Assembly (NCBI GenBank): GCA_965233195.1
Contig: CBDDSB010000016.1
Span: 155,146 to 219,145 of the forward strand
Direction: 5' to 3'
DNA from: an uncultured bacterium
GTDB taxonomy: Bacteria; Pseudomonadota; Gammaproteobacteria; Burkholderiales; SG8-39
DNA: 64,000 bases
Shown here one piece after another: positions 28,863 through 35,714 of the stretch. The notes beneath the pieces were generated by a model. That model did no database searches, had not been told where the DNA came from, and was given only the letters and a program-made list of their open reading frames with translations. The translations under genes were made by a program, and so were the position numbers. Position 1 is the first letter of the stretch. Each line of letters opens with the position of its first letter.

Positions 28863-30854
28863 ATGGACCATAGCGCAATGAGTGGAGAAGCGGCTCTGCT
28901 GTCGGTGCTGATCCTCCTCGCCTCCAGCGTGCTTGCGGTCGCCGCGTGCCGCAGCCTGCGCGTGCCGCCGACCATCGGCTACCTCGTGACCGGCGTTGCC
29001 CTCGGGCCGCATGCGCTCGGCGTGGTGTCGGAAGGCGAGGAGATCAACCGCCTCGCCGAATTCGGCGTGGTGTTCCTCATGTTCTCCATCGGCCTCGAAT
29101 TCAGCCTGACCAAGCTGAAGACGATGCGCCGCCTCGTGTTCGGGCTCGGCGGCGCGCAGGTCGCCGGCACCATCGCGCTCGCGGTCGGCGGCGCGGCGCT
29201 GCTCGGCGCGCCGTGGCAGGCCGGCCTCGCATTGGGCGGGATCCTCGCCATGTCCTCGACCGCGATCGTGTCGAAGCTGATGGTGGAACGCGGCGAGCTC
29301 GACAGCGCGCACGGGCGCGAGGTCATCGCGGTGCTGCTGTTCCAGGACCTCGCGGTCGTGCCGCTGCTGGTGCTGATCCCGGTGCTGGGCCAGCCGGCGG
29401 ACGCCATCGGCCTCGCGATGGCGGCGGCGCTTGCCAAGGCGGCCGCGGCGCTGACGCTGGTCATCCTCGGCGGGCCGCGGCCGATGCGCGCCTGGCTGCG
29501 GGTGGTGGCGCGGCGCCGCTCGAACGAGCTGTTCGTGCTCAACGTCATCCTGATCACGCTGGTGGCAGCGTTCATTACTGCGGCGGCCGGGCTGTCGCTG
29601 GTACTCGGCGCGTTCCTCGCCGGGATGCTGATCTCGGAAACCGAGTACCGGTTTCAAGTCGAGCAGGACATCAAGCCGTTCCGCGACGTGCTGCTCGGGC
29701 TGTTCTTCATCACCGTGGGCATGATGCTCGACCCGCGCCTGGTCGCGGCGCAGTTCTGGCTGGTGTTCGCTTTCCTCGCGGTCCTGCTGCTCGGCAAGTT
29801 CGCGCTGATCGCGGCGCTCTCGCGTGGGTTCGGCGCCAACACCGGCAGCGCGCTGCGCGTCGGCCTCGCCCTCGCGCAAGGCGGCGAATTCGGCTTCGTG
29901 CTCCTGACGCTCGCCGGCATCGCCGGTATCGTGCCCGCGCAGTTCCTGCAGCCGCTGCTCGCCGCCATGATCCTGTCGATGCTCGGCACGCCGTTCATCA
30001 TCGCCGCGAGCGACAAGATCGTGCTGCGCCTGTCACGCGCGGAATGGATGCAGCGCTCCCTCGAGCTGCATCGCGTCGCGGTGCAATCGCTCGAGGCCGA
30101 GCGCCACGTCATCATCGTCGGCTACGGGCGCAACGGCCAGCGCCTCGCGCGCCTGCTCGACGCCGAGGGCGTGCGCTATATCGCGCTCGATCTGGACCCG
30201 GAGCGCGTGCGCGAGGCCGTCGCCGGCGGCGACACCGTGGTGTTTGCCGACGGCCTGCGCCCCGAGGCGCTCTCCGCCGCCGGCATCTCGCGCGCGGCGG
30301 CCGTGGTGCTCACGTTCGCGGATGCCGCGGCCGCGAAGCGCGTGCTCGCGCATCTCCACGAGCTCAATCCCGCCGTGCCGGTCATCGTGCGCGCGCGCGA
30401 CGAAGCCGACATCGAGCCGCTCACCGCCGCCGGCGCTTCCGAGGTGGTGCCGGAGGCATTCGAGTCCGGGCTGATGCTCGCTTCGCACACGCTGGTGTGG
30501 GTCGGCGTGCCGCTCAGCCGGGTGATGCGGCGCGTGAGCCAGGTGCGCGGTGAGCGTTACGGACTGCTGCGCGGCCTGTTCCAGGGACGCGACCGCGACG
30601 AAGGCGAAGGCGACTCCGCGGCGGCACGCCTGCACGCGGTCACGCTCGAACCCGGCGCCAGGGCGCTGGGCCGCCGGCTCGATGCTCTCGGCCTGCAGGC
30701 GATGGGCGTGGAAGTCAGGGCGGTGCGTCGGCGCGGCGCGAAGCCGAAGCTGCAGCCCGCCGAGGCTGGCGAGCTGCAGGCGGGCGACGTGGTGGTGCTG
30801 CTAGGGCCGCCGGAGGCGCTCGCCGAGGCGGAGGAGCGCCTCGCGGCCCGCTGA
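28863..30854 (+). CDS. CPA2 family monovalent cation:proton antiporter with RCK (TrkA-N/TrkA-C) domains (KefB/YbaL-like)
   Basis: 663 aa. Na_H_Exchanger-like polytopic N-terminal half, a Rossmann GYGRNGQRLARLL, and a C-terminal TrkA-C-like domain. The start could be Met at 28878. Confidence 0.88.
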   Translation: MDHSAMSGEAALLSVLILLASSVLAVAACRSLRVPPTIGYLVTGVALGPHALGVVSEGEEINRLAEFGVVFLMFSIGLEFSLTKLKTMRRLVFGLGGAQVAGTIALAVGGAALLGAPWQAGLALGGILAMSSTAIVSKLMVERGELDSAHGREVIAVLLFQDLAVVPLLVLIPVLGQPADAIGLAMAAALAKAAAALTLVILGGPRPMRAWLRVVARRRSNELFVLNVILITLVAAFITAAAGLSLVLGAFLAGMLISETEYRFQVEQDIKPFRDVLLGLFFITVGMMLDPRLVAAQFWLVFAFLAVLLLGKFALIAALSRGFGANTGSALRVGLALAQGGEFGFVLLTLAGIAGIVPAQFLQPLLAAMILSMLGTPFIIAASDKIVLRLSRAEWMQRSLELHRVAVQSLEAERHVIIVGYGRNGQRLARLLDAEGVRYIALDLDPERVREAVAGGDTVVFADGLRPEALSAAGISRAAAVVLTFADAAAAKRVLAHLHELNPAVPVIVRARDEADIEPLTAAGASEVVPEAFESGLMLASHTLVWVGVPLSRVMRRVSQVRGERYGLLRGLFQGRDRDEGEGDSAAARLHAVTLEPGARALGRRLDALGLQAMGVEVRAVRRRGAKPKLQPAEAGELQAGDVVVLLGPPEALAEAEERLAAR

Positions 30855-30869
30855 AGAACTAGAGGTCTG

Positions 30870-31547
30870 TTACAGCGCGCGGCACAGCACGTAGATGTTG
30901 GTGCTGGTTTCAGCGTAGGCCGGGGTCGCGACCTGGCCGACGCCGATCGCCGGGTTCGGCGCCGTCTGGAGCAGCGCCCGCACGGTGCCGAGGTTGGAAG
31001 CGCCGTCGTCCATCTGCGTGTCGACCGCGATCGCGATCTTGTCCGGCAGGTTGGCCGAACACATGATGAGGCCGACAAAACCGTTGCCGCCCGCGGCGTT
31101 GAGCAGGGTCGGACCGGCGGCAGCGTCGCCGGTTTGGACGCCGATCATTCCGGTGACCGCGTTAAACGGCTGCTGCGTGCCGGTACCCGACACGAAGCCC
31201 GCGCGACGCAAATGATCCCACCAGCGGCGCGATTCACCCGCGGCGCCCGCGGCGTCCGCGGCGAGATTATAGGCACCGCCCACCACGCCGTCGCCGGTGC
31301 CGGCGGTCGCGGCCGGCGCTACTGCCCAGCGCGTCGCGGCATTCGGATCGTCGCCCGGAATCGCGCGATAGCGGTCCTGGTAGCCGTGGTACGCGGCCGA
31401 GACGCCCGAGAAGTCGGCGATCACGTTCTTGATCTTCGCCTGGGTGATCATTTCCTGGCCTTTCAGGATGCCGCCGAGCAGCAGCCCGATGATGACCAGC
31501 ACGATCGCGATCTCGACCAGCGTGAAGCCCGTTTGCCTTGCTTTCAT
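30870..31547 (-). CDS. prepilin-type N-terminal cleavage/methylation domain protein (type IV pilin / pseudopilin)
   Basis: 225 aa. Class III signal MKARQTG|FTLVEIAIVLVIIGLLLGGIL with Glu5 after the cleavage Gly. Two Cys near the C-terminus (MCSANL...YVLCRAL) fit a D-region disulfide. Strong RBS AGAGGGAG. Confidence 0.85.
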   Translation of the reverse strand: MKARQTGFTLVEIAIVLVIIGLLLGGILKGQEMITQAKIKNVIADFSGVSAAYHGYQDRYRAIPGDDPNAATRWAVAPAATAGTGDGVVGGAYNLAADAAGAAGESRRWWDHLRRAGFVSGTGTQQPFNAVTGMIGVQTGDAAAGPTLLNAAGGNGFVGLIMCSANLPDKIAIAVDTQMDDGASNLGTVRALLQTAPNPAIGVGQVATPAYAETSTNIYVLCRAL

Positions 31548-31588
31548 GCGCGTTCTCCCTCTTGGGGCGATCCAAGTAACCCAGCTTT

Positions 31589-31606
31589 ACGCAACCCCCG
31601 TGCCAA
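31589..31606 (-). promoter_or_regulatory. sigma-54 (-24/-12) promoter upstream of the detached pilin gene
   Basis: The minus strand reads TTGGCACGGGGGTTGCGT, i.e. TGGCAC-N5-TTGC with exact spacing. The -12 GC lies 44 nt upstream of the pilin ATG (31547). Confidence 0.65.
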
Positions 31607-31694
31607 GATTGTCATTGTTCTAAAACAGGGGCTTAACTCACATCTCATCGCGGCAGAACGTCGAAATGCCGACAGGTGCGTTGGGGCGCCGACA

Positions 31695-32366
31695 CTAGCG
31701 TCGCGTCCGCGACTCGAGCTCGTGCAGCCGCTGTTTCAGGAAATCGAGCTCCGCCGGATCGGCGATCCTGCCGCTCGCGAGCAGGCCGCCGAGCATGATG
31801 CGAGCCGCCTCGAGCTCGTTCATGTCCTCGAGGATGAAGATCTCCATCTGCCTTGCCCATAGCGGCACGTCGGCCGCGGTGGTGTGGCGATCGATGGCCG
31901 CGGCGTAGCGTCGAGCCAGGGGCAGGTCCTTCAGCCGGTGCTTGGCGAGCAGGGCGGCGTGCGCGAGCCACGGCCAGCGCCGGTTCGGGTCGAGCAGGAA
32001 TTGTTCGTGGATGAGCTCGAGCATCATGCTCGCGCGCGCTGGGTCCGGGTGCTCGGCATAAACGCGCGCCGCTGCGAACAAGGGATATTGCCCACGCGGA
32101 TCGAGCTCGATCAGGGCGCGTAGCCAGGCGGCAAGGCGCGCGTAATCCAGCGCCTGCAGGTCGAATGCCTGTAGATACAGCATGCCCAGCCGCGCCGCGG
32201 CTTGCGTTTCGCCGAAGGTCGCGAGGCGCAGCGCGCGCGCGGAGGGCGCCGGCGGCAGCTCGTCGTCGGCGAGGCGCGGCCGGCCGAGTGCTGCGTGCCA
32301 GGCCGCCTGCGCGGCGAGGCTCGCGGCGAGCAGGACGAGGATCCAGGCCGGGACGGCGCGCGTCAT
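31695..32366 (-). CDS. hypothetical signal-anchored helical-repeat protein
   Basis: Internal Met (MTRAVPAWILVLLAASLAAQA) of ORF 31695-33065, 223 aa. ATGA overlap with the upstream permease-like gene. Amphipathic helical, TPR-like composition. No family recognised. Confidence 0.5.
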   Translation of the reverse strand: MTRAVPAWILVLLAASLAAQAAWHAALGRPRLADDELPPAPSARALRLATFGETQAAARLGMLYLQAFDLQALDYARLAAWLRALIELDPRGQYPLFAAARVYAEHPDPARASMMLELIHEQFLLDPNRRWPWLAHAALLAKHRLKDLPLARRYAAAIDRHTTAADVPLWARQMEIFILEDMNELEAARIMLGGLLASGRIADPAELDFLKQRLHELESRTRR

Positions 32367-33124
32367 ACGTTGCGGCGATGGAAGTCGAATAGCCCCGCAG
32401 CGGTCAGCAGGACGATGTAGACGGCCAGCGCGGCCAGCGCCGCGGTGTATTCGCCGAGCGGCGGCGCGTCGTAGACCAGCCACTCGGTGCGCGTCGCGGC
32501 GTCCACGCGGGGCAGCACGAAGGCGATGGCGTCGACCGCGCCGCGCGCGAGCCAACCGGGCCACGTGTCTGCCGCGAGCGGCGTGCCGGCGAGCACCTGG
32601 ATTGCGGGCATGGCGCGGGCGAGCAGGTAGAGGCCCGCCGTGGCGGCGATGGCGGCGACCACCGTGGACAGCGTCATGGCGAAAAAAAGCGCGGCTGCGG
32701 CGATCAGTGCAGCCTCGATGGCGAGCGAGATGCCCCAGAGCGCGACCTGCAGCGGCGGCGCCCAGGGAAGCAACGCCGCAGAGAAGATCGCGGCTAAAGC
32801 AGTGCCGCAGCCGACGAAGCCCGCGAGGCGTCCGAGATAGTGCGTGGTGCGCGAAAGCGGCAGCGAGAGCATGAGCTCGAGGCCCTTGTCCTGGATCTCG
32901 CGCAGCGTGCCGGCGGTGACTTGCGCGGCGACGAGGAAGACGGCGCACGCGCGCAGCACCCCGGCCAGCACTGCGAGTTGCAGCGCCGCGGTTTCGGTGA
33001 GCGCGACCTGCGAAAGAAAAACCGCGGCAGCGAGGCCGATCGCCAGAGCGCCCGCGGCGAGCCATGGCAATCCGCCGCGGCAGGCTTCGAGCAGGACCGA
33101 GCGGGCGAGCGTGGCGGCGGGCAT
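32363..33124 (-). CDS. ABC-2 type (NosY/GldF-like) permease-like polytopic membrane protein
   Basis: 253 aa with about 6 hydrophobic helices. The loop REIQDKGLELMLSLPLSRTTHYLGRLAGF resembles the E-x-GTLE-LL-x-P-x-SR motif of ABC-2 permeases. Confidence 0.5.
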   Translation of the reverse strand: MPAATLARSVLLEACRGGLPWLAAGALAIGLAAAVFLSQVALTETAALQLAVLAGVLRACAVFLVAAQVTAGTLREIQDKGLELMLSLPLSRTTHYLGRLAGFVGCGTALAAIFSAALLPWAPPLQVALWGISLAIEAALIAAAALFFAMTLSTVVAAIAATAGLYLLARAMPAIQVLAGTPLAADTWPGWLARGAVDAIAFVLPRVDAATRTEWLVYDAPPLGEYTAALAALAVYIVLLTAAGLFDFHRRNV

Positions 33125-33135
33125 GCGGAGTTGTG

Positions 33136-33148
33136 GACTAGACTAGTC
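33136..33148. promoter_or_regulatory. 13-bp palindrome GACTAG-A-CTAGTC in the divergent kinase/permease intergenic region
   Basis: Odd-length perfect palindrome, locally AT-richer than its surroundings. It sits in the short gap between 33124 (- gene start) and the histidine kinase start. Confidence 0.3.
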
Positions 33149-33156
33149 GCGGGGGA

Positions 33157-34890
33157 TTGACTGTGCAACTGACCGCGGCCCGGGCGCCGATTCTTACGCG
33201 CATCGCCAACATGGCCTGGGCCTTCAGCCAGCGCTACTGGCGCGTGGTCCTGGTGGCGATGCTCGCGCTGCTGCACATCGCGGTGTTCCGTGGTGTGGCC
33301 GATCCGTGGGCGCGCGCGTTGCTGCTGGCGCATCTCGGCCTGCTCCTCCTGTGGCAACCGTTCCTGCGCGGCGAGCAGCGCGTCTCGCCGGTCCAGGGCG
33401 TGATCCTCGCGCTGGTCGCGAGCGCAGTGATGCTGCGGCTCGACTGGTGGTTCCTCGCCTTCTGGGTGGTGGTGCTCGCCGGCCTGGTCGGCGGCAAGGT
33501 GTACCAGCAGCATGCACGCTGGCAGCGGCGCTGCTACCTCGTGGTGCTCGCCTACCTGCTCGCGCTGCTCGCCATCGCCATCCTGCCGGAGATCGCGCCC
33601 CGGCGCGAAATCGAGGCCGACGTGCGCGCGTATGCCGAGTACGTGCTGCCCTTCGCGTTCGTGCTGATCGCGCTGTTGCCTTCGGAGCCCGATTCGGCCG
33701 ACGCGCCGCACATCATCGACTTTTTCTACAGCGTGTTCGTGATGCTGGTGATCATGGTCGTGATCCTGGGCAGCTTCACCTTCATGAGCGTGACGCGCAC
33801 GCCGTATCTCGAGGCGCTGACCGCCACCATCTTCGTCACCGCCGGCGCCATGCTGCTCGTCGCCTTGGCATGGAATCCGCGCAGCGGCGGCGGCATCGAC
33901 GTGTTTTTTTCCCGCTACCTGTTCTCGATCGGCCTGCCGGTGGAGAAGTGGATGCAGGTGCTCGCCGAGCTGCTGCAGGTGGAAGCCCGGCCCGAGCGCT
34001 TCCTGAGCGAGGCAGTCGCGGCGCTGCTGCGCGTGCCGTCGGTGGCCGGGGTGCGCTGGCGTGCCGGGGAGAGCGCGGACGAGCAGGGGATTCGCACGCC
34101 GCATGGGGTTGACTACGCTTCGAGCGAGCTCGCGCTCACCATCTTTTCGCGCTATCGCCTCGGACCGACACTGCGCTGGCACCTGCACCTGCTGGGTCAG
34201 CTGCTGGGCGAGTTCTACGTCGCCAAGCTGCGCGAGGAAAAGCTGCGCCAGGCGAGCTATCTGCAGGCGGTGCACGAGACCGGCGCGCGCATGACGCACG
34301 ACATCAAGAACCTGCTGCAGTCGCTCTCGGTGCTGACCTCGGTGGCGGCGCGCGACGACGGCCGGGATTCGGCGCAGCTTCAGGCGCTGCTGCGCCGTCA
34401 GCTGCCGCTCATCGAGCGCCGCCTGTCCGAGACGCTGGAGAAGCTGCAGCGCCCGCAGGAAGGCCGCGAGCACTACGTGGCCGCGCGCCCCTGGTGGGAG
34501 TCGCTCGCGCGCCAGTACCGCGGCGAGGGGGTGGAATTCGAGCCGGCCACGCCGCCGCCGGGCGTGCGGCTGCCGCGCTCACTGTTCGACAGCGTGGCCG
34601 ACAACCTGATCCGCAACGCACTATCGAAGCGCGCTGCCGATGCGGATGTGCGCGTACGCGTAGCCCTTGAATGCGGCGAGCGCGTGGCGCTGCGTGTTTG
34701 CGACAGCGGCGCCGCGATGCCGGCGGACATCGCCGCCAGCGTGCTGCGCGCGCCGGTGAGCTCGCGCAGCGGCCTGGGCATCGGCCTGTACCAGGCGGCG
34801 CGCCAGGCCGAGGCCAGCGGCTATCGCCTGGTGCTGGAGTCCAACCGCGACGGAAAAGTCTGCTTCGCGCTGAGCGGAAAGCCGGCTTAG
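33157..34890 (+). CDS. polytopic sensor histidine kinase (PrsK-like architecture)
   Basis: 577 aa from TTG; an ATG alternative is at 33211. The first ~240 aa are hydrophobic with 6-7 helices. H-box ARMTHDIKNLLQSLSVL, N-box DNLIRNALSK, G-boxes CDSGAAM and GLGIGLY. Confidence 0.8.
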   Translation: MTVQLTAARAPILTRIANMAWAFSQRYWRVVLVAMLALLHIAVFRGVADPWARALLLAHLGLLLLWQPFLRGEQRVSPVQGVILALVASAVMLRLDWWFLAFWVVVLAGLVGGKVYQQHARWQRRCYLVVLAYLLALLAIAILPEIAPRREIEADVRAYAEYVLPFAFVLIALLPSEPDSADAPHIIDFFYSVFVMLVIMVVILGSFTFMSVTRTPYLEALTATIFVTAGAMLLVALAWNPRSGGGIDVFFSRYLFSIGLPVEKWMQVLAELLQVEARPERFLSEAVAALLRVPSVAGVRWRAGESADEQGIRTPHGVDYASSELALTIFSRYRLGPTLRWHLHLLGQLLGEFYVAKLREEKLRQASYLQAVHETGARMTHDIKNLLQSLSVLTSVAARDDGRDSAQLQALLRRQLPLIERRLSETLEKLQRPQEGREHYVAARPWWESLARQYRGEGVEFEPATPPPGVRLPRSLFDSVADNLIRNALSKRAADADVRVRVALECGERVALRVCDSGAAMPADIAASVLRAPVSSRSGLGIGLYQAARQAEASGYRLVLESNRDGKVCFALSGKPA

Positions 34891-35714
34891 GGCAGCACGC
34901 CGGCAGAGATCATGCGGCCGTAGAACTGCCCCACCGGGATCCACAAGAGCAGGTCGTCATACTCGCCGCCGACCGCACCCTGCGGGCGCATGTCGTGCCA
35001 GACGAAGGCGGCATTGTTGTTCAGCGGCGCTGGCAGGCGGTGCTTGTTGTTGATCTGCTCGTCGATGTTGCCCGCGGGCATGGTCGCCAGGTTCTTGCCC
35101 TGCGACCACACGACTGCGGCGACGACCGTCTGGTTGGTCACGACGTTCGCAGCCGGGCCGCAGGTCGGCGTCGCGGCGTTGAACCCTGCCCCGAGGGCCG
35201 AGTTGCATAGCAGCAGATCGCTCGGCATCGTGGTAATGCCGTTGGTTTTGAGGTTCGCCGTATGCGTGAAGTGGGGCACCGTGCCGGCATTGATTGTCTG
35301 CGCCACGGCGTAGCGGATGCGATGGCCCCAGGCGTCGAGCGCGTAACCGCTGCCGTCCGTCGGCTGGAACCCGAGGGTGCGGCCGGGAAGGTACCCGGTG
35401 TAGCCGTCGCTGCAGGCGCCGCCGCCAGCGGGCATGGCGCCGCCGCCAGCCGGCATCTCGTCGCCGCCGTCGCCCGCGGCATTGCAGGCCGGGAAGTTCG
35501 AGCAGCGCGCCGGGCACGGCAACCGGCCGTTGACGATGGCGAAGCTGAGCAGCCCCTCCTTCGCCTGCTCCAAGCGCCGCAGCGTCTCATCGCGGCCGCG
35601 CGCCTCGCTTTGCGCCGACAGCGTGTACATCAGGCTGCTGATCAGGATCGCGACGATGGTGAGCACCACCGCCAACTCGGTGAGGGTGAAGCCCCGATCG
35701 CGTCGCGTCGGCAT
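34887..35714 (-). CDS. prepilin-type minor pilin/pseudopilin, Cys-rich
   Basis: 275 aa. MPTRRDRG|FTLTELAVVLTIVAILISSL class III signal. NGRLPCPA and GYLPGRTLGF...DAWGHRIRYAV motifs. Internal MPAGGGA duplication. Confidence 0.8.
   Translation of the reverse strand: MPTRRDRGFTLTELAVVLTIVAILISSLMYTLSAQSEARGRDETLRRLEQAKEGLLSFAIVNGRLPCPARCSNFPACNAAGDGGDEMPAGGGAMPAGGGACSDGYTGYLPGRTLGFQPTDGSGYALDAWGHRIRYAVAQTINAGTVPHFTHTANLKTNGITTMPSDLLLCNSALGAGFNAATPTCGPAANVVTNQTVVAAVVWSQGKNLATMPAGNIDEQINNKHRLPAPLNNNAAFVWHDMRPQGAVGGEYDDLLLWIPVGQFYGRMISAGVLP
35415..35456. repeat. 21-bp tandem duplication (2 copies, 1 mismatch) inside the 275-aa pilin gene
   Basis: ggcgccgccgccagcgggcat / ggcgccgccgccagccggcat. On the coding strand this encodes MPAGGGA-MPAGGGA. 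Confidence 0.8.

Noticed and set aside
28946-30553. 535-aa alternative-frame ORF inside the CPA2 antiporter gene, and the antisense 28842-29879 ORF
   Set aside because: Both are extremely Arg/Ala/Pro/His-rich. The frame starting at 28863 gives a coherent polytopic transporter with RCK domains.
32794-34473. 559-aa ORF antisense to the histidine kinase, and ORF 31695-33065 upstream extension
   Set aside because: These are shadow ORFs. The kinase frame carries H, N and G boxes. For 31695-33065 only the last 223 aa (after an ATGA-coupled Met with a signal-anchor) look genuine, and the upstream part overlaps the permease-like gene out of frame.
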